Shown: positions 40,462 through 53,263 of the stretch, in pieces
How positions within the stretch are numbered: the stretch's first letter is position 1
How the letters are laid out: each line of letters begins with the position of its first letter
NCBI GenBank assembly: GCA_000697335.1
Contig: JNEM01008377.1
Span: 1-62,489, forward strand
Origin: Conidiobolus incongruus B7586
Lineage: Eukaryota
DNA length: 62,489 nucleotides
Reading direction: 5' to 3'
Notes under the pieces: generated by a model
Database searches by the model: none
What the model was told of the DNA's origin: nothing
The model's input: the letters and a program-made list of their open reading frames with translations, nothing else
Program-made: the position numbers and the translations under genes

Positions 40462-40855
40462 TTATTGATAAAAAGTGAAATTATACTATTAGCATTAATT
40501 GAAATTTTAAAAATTAAATGATAACTTGGGGGTGTGATGAATGTGGACTATTTATTTTTATTGAGTAAATTTTTTAAAATTAGGGTATAATCCAAATCAT
40601 GGATAATCATTGATTAATGTAATTTTTAAAGTTTTTTTTATAAAAATTAATTTTAAATTATTTTAGAAAAAATAATATATGTATTCAATTATAATAAAAA
40701 GAAATTTGATAATATATATTTTGTTAAATATCTATTTTTTGATAAGTATAATTGAAATTACGATTTAAAAAATATTAACCTTTCATTTTATACCTTTATT
40801 TAATACTTTTTATATAAATTAATCTCAATAATTCCAAAATTATTATCATAATAAA

Positions 40856-41199
40856 TTAAGAGGGACGTCTATAACTCTCATTTAATTTATCCAAAGATTT
40901 TTGAACGTGTTCAGGTACTCTCACATCCCAAGCAGGTCTATCTGATTTGGCGTTTTCTTTAATAAACTCTGCTATGTGACCCCAGGTCTCTTCCAACTCC
41001 TTTCTTTTTCTGTCAACGTCAGCTTTTTGGGCATCTGACAATTTCTATATAAAAATATTAAAAAAATGAAATAAATAAAATGATACTATTTTAAATTTAC
41101 TTCATATAATTGGTCACCACTAGGTACAGTTAATTTTAATAAACCGTAACCTAATCCTGTAACTCCACAAAATGCTATAATACCTCTTGTCCAACTCAT
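40856..41199 (-). CDS. CBP4: Cytochrome bc1 assembly factor Cbp4-like; 1 intron
   Basis: MSWTRGIIAFCGVTGLGYGLLKLTVPSGDQLYE|KLSDAQKADVD...KENAKSDRPAW: N-terminal TM followed by P..EQL..LS and SDRP.W patterns. Confidence 0.8.
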
Positions 41200-41401
41200 A
41201 TTCTATTTTATTTGATTATTATATTTTTATAATTTTGATGTTATTTGGTTTCATTTGTGTTTTTAATTAAATGAATATTAATGGAAAGATTGATTATTAT
41301 GGGATTTGGTAATGAAGGCGATGGTGATTGATTAGATAATGATAATGATGAGTGATTGAAAGATAAGAGTAAATGTATGCGATAATAGGGAGGTTGATTA
41401 A

Positions 41402-41483
41402 GACACTTTGGCGGAGTGGTTAACGCGGCGCCCTGCTAAGGCGTTTCCCTTTGGGAGCACAGGTTCGAATCCTGTAGGTGTCG
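41402..41483 (+). tRNA. tRNA-Ser (anticodon GCT), long variable arm, no intron
   Basis: Acceptor GACACTT/AGGTGTC plus G discriminator, D-loop AGTGGTTAA, anticodon arm GCGCC-CTGCTAA-GGCGT, variable arm TTCCC-TTT-GGGAG, T-loop GTTCGAATC. Confidence 0.97.
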
Positions 41484-41684
41484 TATATAAAGGATCGTGA
41501 TAGATTATTTTTCCTAATCATTGATATATCAATATCATTCAATATGATCATCTTAAATTTTGATCAATTATCTACAATATTAATTAATTATTAAATTTAC
41601 TTTGAAATTCTTTATTTATATCAATTGTTAATATTCGCTATTTCAATTGAATGTTTTTTAGTTTTTAAATATTTGATCTACTAT

Positions 41685-41688
<4 letters not shown>

Positions 41689-41716
<28 letters not shown>
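41689..41716. repeat. (AT)n microsatellite; similar tracts near 378-400, 3429-3448, 20011-20028 and 59177-59202
   Basis: Perfect AT dinucleotide runs visible in the sequence. Confidence 0.9.
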
Positions 41717-41719
<3 letters not shown>

Positions 41720-41732
41720 TTTAAATAATTTA

Positions 41733-42686
41733 TTAAATACAAAGCATACCAAACGTCACATTACCAAAACTTAAATGATCACTCCAATTCCATAAATTGG
41801 AAGAATATTTACATTTCGGATCTTCCCTAAACCCCGTCAAAGTAGTTGTACCATTGACGTATAATAAATCGTCACACTCCACCAAATCTCTGCCGCCCTC
41901 CACGGAAGTGTACCAAATCTCATGTGGAACATGTACAAAACCGCGATCTAAATCGGGTAGATTAGGTACGATGTCGTGATTGTTGACAACTCTGAACAAA
42001 TTCATTGGTCTAGATTGATTGGCATTGTGTTGGTAATAAAGTTCATAAAAATAATCCGAAAATTTGCCATCTCCGACTCTAGGGCTTCCAAACGTAGTCA
42101 AATGAATTGGAACTGATTTGGAAGTTGTAGAATTTTGAAGGATTTGAATCAGATCTAGTGTTAAATAGGTAGCTAATGCACCTCCTAAACTGTGACCAGT
42201 AACCAATATTCTAGAAATATCATATTTTTTAGTAATTATCAATTTCTTAACACTTTTGATTAATTCCAAGTTCAACGCTTTATAGACCTTATAAAATCCT
42301 TCATGAATTTGACCTTCCCAATGGTCAGTACTCACCAATTTCGAATTGATATTATTAATCCAATTCTGTAAATTCCTAGAACCTCGATATGCTATTACAA
42401 CGGCATTGGTGTGGGTATGGTACCCCATATAGACAGATGTACCTGTTACAAGTTCTTGATAGTATTGAATTTGGTCCAGTTTGTAGTATGGAGAGTTGCA
42501 AAGGATACCACATTTCCAATATCTGATACTGATGTAGGGGCAGTAGGCTAAGGCAGAATACCTTGCACTCACTATTAGTTGATTGTAGAGTGGAGATTGT
42601 TCGTTTAATGGCTGAAATGAGAATTGACGATTTGGTGAACTTAATATTAAATGAAAATAAATTAATAAGTAATAAATAATTAGCAT
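41733..42686 (-). CDS. Secreted class 3 (filamentous-fungal type) triacylglycerol lipase
   Basis: Hydrophobic N-terminus, YSALAYC, IAYRGS, HEGF, nucleophile VTGHSLGGA, TFGSPRVG, HDIVPNLP, DHLSFG. Confidence 0.93.
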   Translation of the reverse strand: MLIIYYLLIYFHLILSSPNRQFSFQPLNEQSPLYNQLIVSARYSALAYCPYISIRYWKCGILCNSPYYKLDQIQYYQELVTGTSVYMGYHTHTNAVVIAYRGSRNLQNWINNINSKLVSTDHWEGQIHEGFYKVYKALNLELIKSVKKLIITKKYDISRILVTGHSLGGALATYLTLDLIQILQNSTTSKSVPIHLTTFGSPRVGDGKFSDYFYELYYQHNANQSRPMNLFRVVNNHDIVPNLPDLDRGFVHVPHEIWYTSVEGGRDLVECDDLLYVNGTTTLTGFREDPKCKYSSNLWNWSDHLSFGNVTFGMLCI

Positions 42687-43093
42687 AATGAAAAAATAGA
42701 TAGGATTAGGAATATGTTGTGACTTAAGTTTTTTAATTGTAATTTTCGATAATTAATATTGGTATTATGGGAATTATTGTCAAATTGATTATTGTGTCAA
42801 TTTTCAGGAATTTATAAATAAATGAAGTGTAAATTGATGATTACCAATTGAAAATATTTTTATTATATTATATTGAATTTAACCTAATTTGATATTAATT
42901 GAATTGAGTATAAACTGATATATTCAACTTTAATTTTGATATCACTTAATTTTTTTAAAATAGTAGAAAGAAATCGAAAATTCGAAACAAATAATAGATA
43001 AATAAATTAATTCAAATATAAGGATGAAAGATTGAATACGATAGAATTAAATTAAAAAAGTTTTTAATTAAATTATTTTTTATCTATATTTTT

Positions 43094-44461
43094 TTAATTC
43101 CTAAACTGTATCATTCCAAATTTACCTTCCCAACGCCATTCTTTACCGCCTTGATCCAACTGATCAACTTTAGATTGTTCCAAATTACAAACAAAATCAC
43201 TCTTACAAGTTCTAATCGATGCAACTTTGAAATCTTTGGGGAAGATTTCGTCAATAACCTCAGAAAATGGGGTGGTAGGATGCCATTTACGATCGTGAAC
43301 CAATTTTCGGAAATTGAGATCGCCTTTAAATATGAGGAGATCCGATTTCTTGAAGTTGTTCATTAAATCGATTGCTTGGGTCGCAATGTCGCCATAGTAA
43401 TTGGGAAGGGTCCAGAATGGATGTGTCACGGGTACAATGTATTTTCCTTTGATCTTTTGCATGAGTTGTTGGTAAAGGCAATTCGTTCTGTTTAGGGATC
43501 TTAAGCGATTTAAAGTGAAGTGGAGGTCTGGGAGAGTGACGTCGGATACAAACCAAGGAATGGATTTATATTGGAGGAAGATGCGATTGACCAATCGATT
43601 CTCGATTAAATAATTACTTAAGATTAAGTCATTCACGAGTTCGAGTCCGCTATTGTCCAGAATGATATCAAGTGTACCTATGGTTTTGGATTTGAGCACA
43701 TCTGCAAGTTCGGAGCTCTTATCATCCAAAATTAATTTTTGAGAGTTTGTTAAAGTGTCGAGATTGAGTCGGGACCATTCCGACATGGAGTCCTCAGTGC
43801 GATTGAGAAAGAATGCCAAATCGCCCTTATTCCCCCATAGGGACAGTTGGATCAGATGGTCGAGGGTCGGAGGTTCGTTGGAATTGAGCCATTTTACAAG
43901 TTCGACAATGCCCGATTGGCAGCTTCCGAGAGATTCTAGTTTGGAACGTTGGAAGTAATCGTATTGGTTCCAGAAGTGGAAGTTGCTGAAGATGCTCTTG
44001 ATTCTGCGGTAGATGTAGGTCTCACTTAGCATCCAGTCAGATTTTAGGTAGGTGGAATTCTTCTGGATTTGCTGATTCCATGAGTCTTTGTCAGGTAGAG
44101 AATCTTTTAATAATCTATAAAATATTATATTAATTTTCAATAACATTAAATAATAGAACTAATAAACTTACGATATTTGCTTATCCTCCAGCACCTTTCC
44201 AATCAATCCCTCCAACTCCTTTTTAATCACTTTGCCATCTTCAATAATTTGATTTTGATTAGGCACCTGCTTCAACTGATCAATTGTCTTATCTATATCG
44301 TCAATTACCTGCTGAATGGTCTTGGGTACTCGCACTGTCATGGTGTAGTGAGCATATCCCGAAGTATCGCCACCTAAAGTCACTGGAGGTAAAGATTTGC
44401 TACTGAATAGGCGTTGGATTTTTAAGGTGGTGGGTAATTTGGGTAGGGATCTGAGTATCAT
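43094..44461 (-). CDS. Damage-control phosphatase ARMT1/DUF89 family; 1 intron
   Basis: YAHYTMTVRVPKTI, WMLSETYIYRRI, SLWGNKGDL, ILDNSGLELVNDL, KSIPWFVSDV, IFKGDLNFRKL, RTCKSD. Confidence 0.92.
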
Positions 44462-47400
44462 TTTGAAATTTATTATTTTATATTAATTGGAGATTTTGAC
44501 CAAATGAGTTAATTCTGTCAAATACAAGCTATTCTTTTAATAAATAATTTTTGTATAAATAAATTACTTTAAATATTATACTTGAAATACTATTTATATA
44601 TTGAATTTTTTTAACAAATATTCTATTAATAGTTATTAGTAACTTAAGGATAAATTTAAATAACACAAATGGATCACGCAAAAATTATGGGAATTTTTTC
44701 AATAACAATTCCACAATTTAATTATCAAGTTATCAAATTCGACAAAAATATTTTTATTCGAATCAAAATTGATTTATTATTAAATTTTTAATAAGAAAGA
44801 CTTTAATAAATTAATCAAATGTAATGGAATTTTAATACATTTTTATATCATATTATAAAATTGAATTAATTTTATGTTAATAAATTTTAGAATGATGAAT
44901 GTTTTTAAATTCTTTATTTAACACATTTTGAAAATAAATTTACTTTTAAAATTTATCCAATTGGCTAAAATAATTTCCAAAATTAAGTTGAATTTCCTTT
45001 TAATTTAAAGATTATATTATTCTTAATAAAATTTTAAAACTTTTGAAATTAATATAAAATTAAAATTAGAGAATATAAAAAAATAATATTCAATTTAAAA
45101 ACTTTTTTTCATTATTTTAATATCATATTTAATGAATTGAATATTTTATAATATGCTCTATTTTAAATATTATTGAATTGTTAATCTTTTACTTTGAATT
45201 TAAAATTTTTTAATTTAATGTGTAAATTATTCGCAATATATTTACTTAAAAAACAATTAGGAAAAAATTACCAGTTTAAAATCGAATCACTTATATTTAG
45301 TATGAATGAATATTGATTAAAATGATTTTTATTAGTTAATTACTTTGTTCTATATATTTTTATTCGTCTACAATCTTTATCATTATAATAGCTCAATTGA
45401 TTTTTTAATCACTAATTTTCAATTTAATTCCTAACTAAAAGAGAAGGTGTTGTATTAATTATTTTAAAACTATACAAAGTAATAATCATATTAATTGTGA
45501 ATATCAATCATATCATTTTCGTTAATTGATTTGAATGAATATATGTAAAAATGCTATGATTGTAATAGTTCAATATCATAAAAATTGAATTAACTAATTT
45601 AATCTGGATTAAAAAATAAAGTTGAAATTTTTGAAATATTTTATATATAAAATAATATATAGGTATGAATCAATACCAATCAAATTACTACATTATTAAT
45701 ATATTTAAAAAATTGCTTTTAAATCAAGCATTTTTTCATATATAACAATGATTATTCAATATTAAAAAATTTAAATTACAAATGATTCATATTCAATATC
45801 ATTTAATTTGTATATTGAAATAATTTTTATATTAATTCCGATTATATTACCAATCAAACTTTCTTAAGGAATATAAGTTATTCAAAATTTAAAATTATAT
45901 TAAAATTTATATTCAAGAATTTACTATATCTATTTTCTCAAAAGAAATATAAAATGATAAGAATTTGATTTAATAATTTTCAATAATATTATATTGATTA
46001 AAAATTTCAATTTGTATCAATTTTAATGCATTTTTTATTATTTATTTCTTAATAAATTGCTCATTTTTAATGATTTTAATTATTAATAAAATTAAATACT
46101 TTATATTATCTGAAATGAGGTCATTTTTATTAAAGGCTAAGTTAAACAGTTTACATAATGATGACAAAATATTCAAGTAATTTAATTTATAAAATTAAAT
46201 TACGTTAATTAAAGGCTCTTGTCCTAGAGGAATCAACCATTTCTTCTTATTGGCATAAGCTTCAAAATATTGTATCCCTCTGTCAAATTGGTAGCATGTT
46301 TTATACATCATATTATATCATTCGCATCAAACGTTTTGAAGGTTTGTGATAAATTTATATATAAATTGTATCTGCTAATATATTTTATCTTATAGACCAA
46401 ACTGAATAGTCAGATTTCAGCTAAGTTCAAAATACAAAATTCAATTTTTGAATAATTGGTAATAAATTGAACTGAATAAGTGTAACGAGATTAGCTAAGG
46501 GTATTAATGCCAGCTCCAACATTTCGCCACGATGGCCAGAGATATAAGTGACTATATGATCTACAACTCTAGAGGCCAAGAGGGCCAGTTGAGTCGCGAT
46601 GGCTATCTGATTAAGTTCATCATATGGAATTAACTGCAAATTGGGCAAATTAGAACGAATGAGAGCCATGTTGTAAAATTATGTAGTAATGAGTAAAAAG
46701 ATAAAAAGAAGTTATAGTAGAATTGATTTTATTATTAAAATAAGTATGTTAAATAATATAATTGGTAATAAGTTAATGATGATTTTAGTAACACTAAGGT
46801 AGAGGTGTTACTCTTTGGTAGTGATGAATGTAGAAGAGGATAATTGGCAGTAAAAGTGTAATTTTGAATGGCCCCAAAAATCAAGCTTCCATCATAGAAG
46901 CTACTAGTGTATTTAAAGGTATTTTAAGTGTTTGTGGAGATGTGGCTGTGCAATGGTGTATTCTTGTGATGGTTCTTGGTACTGGTTCCTTGTTCTTGTT
47001 TACCCAAGGGATCAGGATGCGAAATAAGTTTATATTATGAAATGAAACTTTGGCAAATATAATAATTAATTTAATATAGTTTATTAAATTTTATTTATAC
47101 ATGTTGCTTAAAGATTAATACTATAATATATATACTTAGTTAATTTGAGTAATGAAGACAAAAATTATCTTTAAGTGTTTATCAATAGATCTATATATTA
47201 TTAAATCAATATTTACCTAATAAATAACTTAGTATAAAAAAATATTTTAGTTTTGCTAAAACTGGTCATTAATTTCCATTTTTATATTAGTTTGAAAACA
47301 ATATTTGATATTGGAAAGTTAGGAAGTTTTATTAAATAATTTTTTGATGCAAAGTATTATTTTAAATTTTATTATAATAACTTAAATTTCAATTTTATAA

Positions 47401-49922
47401 TAAAAATCTATTTGAGAGCTATATATGTCTTCAATGAATAAAAGTAGGAATATTAATATTTATAAATCTTGATGATATAATATTTATTTATTAAATATAT
47501 TAATAATTTTTGAATATATAGTTTTAATTAAAAAAGGAAATTTATTATAAATAATTCACAAGAGTGAAATCAATCAACATAATTGAATATATCACAATTA
47601 ATAAATTAATAAATATTAATTATAGTCTAGAAATTTGAAAAATATATCAAAATAAACACTCAGAAAGTTTTCTACTAGTCTTCCCAAAAAGTTTTTCCTA
47701 GTTTACTTGTTTGTGAATCTAATAATTCATCAGACTATAAAGTTTCAATTTTATTTGTGATTTCAATATGAATTATATTATATTATGCTTTTATCAATAA
47801 TAAGAATATATAGTATTGAATTTAATACTTATTTAAGCATTAAACATATATCTAATATTTTGCTTTGAGTTTATTTATATATTTATATTTTAGTTTAAAA
47901 TTAATTTACTTTTATATTAGAACCAATTTTTCAAAAGGTTAATATATTTAAGAAACATAGTATAACATTAAAATAAATCAATTTAATTAACAATATAAAA
48001 CTCATTATTTTAAACTATTATGGATGATTTTATTTTGAAGACAGTGTTAAAAACTATTTAAATAGAAATAGGCAAATAATATAAATTTTCTTATATATTC
48101 ATCATCCAGTTAAATATTCAGATAAATATATAAAATTGAGAAAATTAAGTGAATCCTATTGGGCAAATATTTATATTAAGTATATAAAAATTATGAAATT
48201 ATTCCAACTCATAATGACACTTATATGATATCGATAAAATATTCTTTTGAACTTTACCATTAGTAAAATATTTATGAAATTTGTTTTTATATTAAAAATA
48301 AAAATTTAAAATATGTTAACGCTACTATTATATATCATATAATATACAATATTTTTTTTGAAATTGAAAACTCAGTATTATTTTAGAAATGTAGAAGTGA
48401 TATACTGAACATTTACTAATGAAGATTAAATATTTTTTCTGTTTATTCTAATGTGTAGAAGTGTTAACAAATAATCTTTTTTTTAAAAATATTTAGCTAT
48501 TAGAATTTTGATTATATCAAATATAAATATACATTTCTAAATATTTATTTAATCTAATTTTAGCAATAAAATTCAAAAATATACTTATTAAAGTTTCTAC
48601 TATAAGTAGAGTAACATAAATTATTATTACTATTATTATTATTTCAAAAAATTTCAACAGCTTAAATATTTTAAACCTTAGCTATGTAAAAATATCTAAT
48701 CCAAGTTTAAAGTGAAAGATATTCAAGTTAAAATATATTTTATTTAATATATTTTTTTGTTAATTTTTATTAAATTTGAGAATTGATTTGATTTTATAAT
48801 TAATCATTTACAATTTTTTTGAAATCAATTTAAAAATTAAAATAACAATTATAGACAAGTTATATATGTATCAATCAAGTTCATTCTTGATAGATCTTTG
48901 ATTTAAAAGATTCTTTTATATCTCAATTCAAATATATAAATTAAATAACATTTCATTAAATTTGATAGTTTATTATGTTTAAACAGAAAGATATAAATCG
49001 TTATTTAAATATCCGATATTTAACAACTAATTATATAACCTGATATTTGGTATATATTATATACTTACTGCAGATGAAGGCTAATAAATCATCAATTTTG
49101 AACTTTTATTTTTTAATTTTTAATTTATTAATAAAAAATATATGATTATTTAGTTATATATATATATAGTTTGAGGATTTCTACATAGAGAGTTATTATA
49201 ATAAATATTGTTTTACTTGACAATATAATCCTATTACTAAACTAAAAATTCTTTTTAAGAAAATCTGTTTAAAAATATATTTATTAAATTAACATAATTT
49301 AATATATTTAATACTATGATTTTCTATTATTATATGAATTATTATAATCAATTAATTTTAATACTATAATTTTTTGATGAAAGGGTATAAGTATTTGTTT
49401 ATTTTAAATATATATATGTTTAAGAAAAAGATTTTCTTTTTGAAAATATAATACTTTATTAAATATAATTTAATATTTTTAGCTTGAAAAATTCTATATA
49501 ATAATTTTTTTCAATTTTAAAAAAAATATATGAGAGAAATTTGGAAGAATTTAAAACTGAATGATCTAAAGTTAAAAATGAGATCATTTTTAATCGTTTT
49601 TTTTTGAATTTAGAATCGTTATAAAATAAATTCTTAAAACATGTTAATATTTTTAATAGTTTACTTATAAAATATTACTCATTTAACTTTAATTTTAAAT
49701 CTCTGAATTGAGTCTTTCAAACTTGGGTCAATATCAAATATTGAATCAATGCTAATATTGGGTAAATCCTTTGTTTATGTATATCTTAATAAAATGATAC
49801 TCAAGTTATTCAATGATTTAATATTCAATACATATTTTGAAATTTTTCAGTTAAGTTTCATGTTATTTTGAATATTGATTATATAAAGGAAGTAGTATTG
49901 ACTTATATATCTATTTAGCTCA

Positions 49923-50787
49923 ATGAAATTGTTATCGATGAATATATTATTTTGGTTTTTAATTATTCATCGTCATTTTTGTTATCAGAGGTCTTATGGG
50001 AAAGAAAATATTGGCAACACTGTTAATAATTTAATTACTGGTACTGCTAAGTATGATGTGAATATTGGGCCAGGTAGTTAAATTATATTAATTTAATATA
50101 ATGGAGTATTAAATTTTTGTATAATTGTAGGTAAAGGTAATTGTAATTATGAAACTGTTTTGCCAATGGGACTTGCTTCACTGGGACCCAAAGTGTTTGG
50201 AGATTCCGCTGCTTGCGGACAATGCCTTGAAGTGAAGCATAAGAACCATGCACTACGACTGAAAGTCATGGTCATGGACATTTGTGTCGGCTGCCAATCC
50301 AATGAGTTGATGCTAGATTATAACACATACACTCAATTAGGAGATACATTCAAAGGGAGTATCCCCGTTGAGTGGAATATGATCACCTGCCCAACGAAGG
50401 GATCGATAAAATACCAGTTTTTCCCAAATAGCTCCAGATTTTGGTTTGGTATCGGGTAAATGGATCTTATTTGATTAATGACTGATAATTAACTGATTGA
50501 TTTTATCAAATAGCATTCGAAACGCTGCAACACCAGTGGTCAAACTTGAAATCTACGGAGATTCTGGATGGGTGAATATTCCACGTAGCAATTTCAACTA
50601 CTTTATTCTCTCGGATCCTGGTCCTGGTCCTTATAAACTTAGGGCAACCTCCAAGTTTGGAGAGCAGATTGTGGAAGACAATGTTCCTCTTCTGAACGGC
50701 ACGCTATACGAAGGTAAAGCTCAATTTAGAAATAACTCTATAGAGGCTACGACGCAGAATAATATGCTTGAGTTGGATTTGGGTTAA
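49923..50787 (+). CDS. Secreted expansin-like protein (DPBB + CBM63, EXLX1/YoaJ-like); 2 introns
   Basis: Signal-like N-terminus, GTAKY, GNC, SAACGQCLEV, VMDICVGC, then the D2 domain W...CP..G.I.Y, SSRFWFGIG|IRN..TPVVKLEI, W..IPRSNFNYF, GPGPYKLRATS. Confidence 0.88.
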
Positions 50788-53224
50788 ATATTTTCAAACC
50801 AAATTAGCACAGCAATCAATCAAATTTGAAATTGTATCAACATTGGCGATCACTAACTTCTATGTTATCTCATCAAACTTAGTATATATTCTGAAATTCA
50901 AATAATTAATGATAAAAATAAAAATAATAATGATAGTAATAATAAATAGGTTAAAGTAATATGACTGATTGATGAAAGTTGTATGATCATCTCTTTGAAA
51001 ATTTAACGAAAACATCCTATTAATTAAGCAGTATTTGGTATTAGTCGCTTATTCTTTTAATCCATTAATTTTAAATTGACGAAAATAAATCGGAAATTCT
51101 AGACGAATCAAATCATAGTAGCAAATTATTTCATCTTTTTCATCATTCAATTTAGTCAAGTGATCCTGTTTATACTCTTTCGAAATGCAATTTTGGAACT
51201 GATAGATTGCTAGATAATTAAACTTGAGCGTAACTCTACCTATGATATCATCAAAGCATTAGCTATAAATTCTAGACTCATGATCAAATAGTATGTTGCT
51301 ATTCTTAGGTAGTTGATCATCGAACGAATCATTTCACCTGCTCATTCTAACCAAATTAACTCAGTTTATTATAATGGATCACTTGATATCAAGTGACTTC
51401 TTTTGATCACCCTTCTATTTAGATTGATCAATTGTTAAGCTCGGATTAAACTTTTTATTTGATATTGATCGATACTATCCTTAAAATCATATACCCATAT
51501 ATATGATATAATCGAAACAAGTTATTTCATTTTAAATGATAATTTCATCATTTTTTATATTTCAAGGTATTCAAATTGACTGAATATTCATCATTCACTC
51601 AAACTTTCTTTCGTTGGAGTATATTCAAGTAATTTGACTGCTATTCATGCTCATTGGTGTTTGTCCACTTACATACGCATTTCATGTCATTCCACACATA
51701 TTACAAGATTCCCTACCCATTCCCATATATTCGAATTCGAGATGTTGGGAGTTTATAAATTTTTTGAATGGGAATTAAGAGAGGTAGACGTGACCAATGT
51801 CTTAGCAAAATAGCTTGCAATAGTGAGCGGAAATAGATTCCGAGTCACATATCTTGAAGGGATCCATCTTTGAAATATCAATATTAATGATATGAGAAAT
51901 CATTTGCAAAAAACAACCAATTTTGATTGTAAATTCTATCTCAGTACTCTTTAAAAGGAAGGTCACACAACTCATAAGTTCTCAAACTGAAAAACATTGA
52001 GAAAATAATTAATTTATATTACTATATTTGCAAGTGAAAGTTTATTTAGGCCCTGATTAAATATTGATAGGTGCGTTCAGAACCAGCGGAAATCTCGGGA
52101 TCGGCACAATAATAACTAACTTGCCTTGAGTCAACTAGTTGGTTTAATTACCAAATACAACTAAAAGCATCAGTATGACACACTATCCACATATCACAAG
52201 CTATAAAATTGATTGAAATAAGTGGACATATAGTTTATTCATTTTACAATTCTCTCAGTCTAATATAATTGTTTATGGTATACCAATATTAAAAATAGAT
52301 ATTAGAACGAATTACTTTATATATCTAAACCATACATCAAATCATATGGTTTTTGAATTAAAATGAAATTAATGTAACTGATTAGAAAAAGATTATTTAG
52401 TTAGTTATAGTAATTTGTTATATTAATTAAATTTAAAATATATATATTTATTATTATTATTTACTTTTTAATAAATAAAAAAGAATCAAAGAAAAAAAAT
52501 TAATAATAATTAACAAGTAACTTGAACTTTTTTAAAAAAAAATTATTTAATTTATTTATTTTTATTAAAAAAATTTTTAGTTAAATCACCGATTTTTAAG
52601 TGATACAAATAATTTAAAATAATAATAATAATAATAATAAATGTAATTTGTGAATTTTACTAAAAATAATATAAAATATAAGAACAAATATATATATATT
52701 ATTTTAAATAAATTAATATAATAAATTATATTATAATTTACAAAATTTTCTAATATTTAATAAATAATAAACTAAGTGATATTATAAAAATTAGCAAGTT
52801 TAAAATAATTAATCATATAAATTATTATTATTATTAAAAGTTAATTAATATCCTTAATATTGCATTATTTAGTCAATATCCAAATTTTAATTTAATTACA
52901 GTATTTAGTAATTTAAGGTTTGGATCAATTATATTAATTACAGTATTTGGTAATTTCAATTTGGAATAATGTAATTTGAATTTGATAAAATTTAGATATT
53001 AAATAAGTTATAAATTGCTATTTTTATATCACTATCAAATTTATCTATTCAATATTTATTGTCAGTTGATAAGATTAAAATCAGGTGATAATAAAATAAA
53101 TTGTTTGATCCATTTGAACTTGGAATTTTTCAAGGAATAAAATTGAAAATTATAACTTGGAAAATTTAGTAAAGAAGTTTGTGATATTATCTACAAATGT
53201 TCTTTTATTAATAATAAAATTAAA

Positions 53225-53246
53225 ATAATAATAATAATAATAATAA
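53225..53246. repeat. (AAT)n microsatellite; another near 52618-52640
   Basis: Tandem AAT units visible in the sequence. Confidence 0.8.
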
Positions 53247-53263
53247 CATAAGGATTAATGTCT

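Noticed and set aside
21136..41483. tRNA-related cluster (MTO1, LOS1, tRNA-Ser, plus rlmN)
   Set aside because: The genes are far apart, interspersed with unrelated genes and act in different compartments.
52893..52958. 22-bp near-identical direct repeat TAATTACAGTATTT(A/G)GTAATTT as a CRISPR-like array
   Set aside because: Only two AT-rich copies in a eukaryotic context; a simple local duplication.
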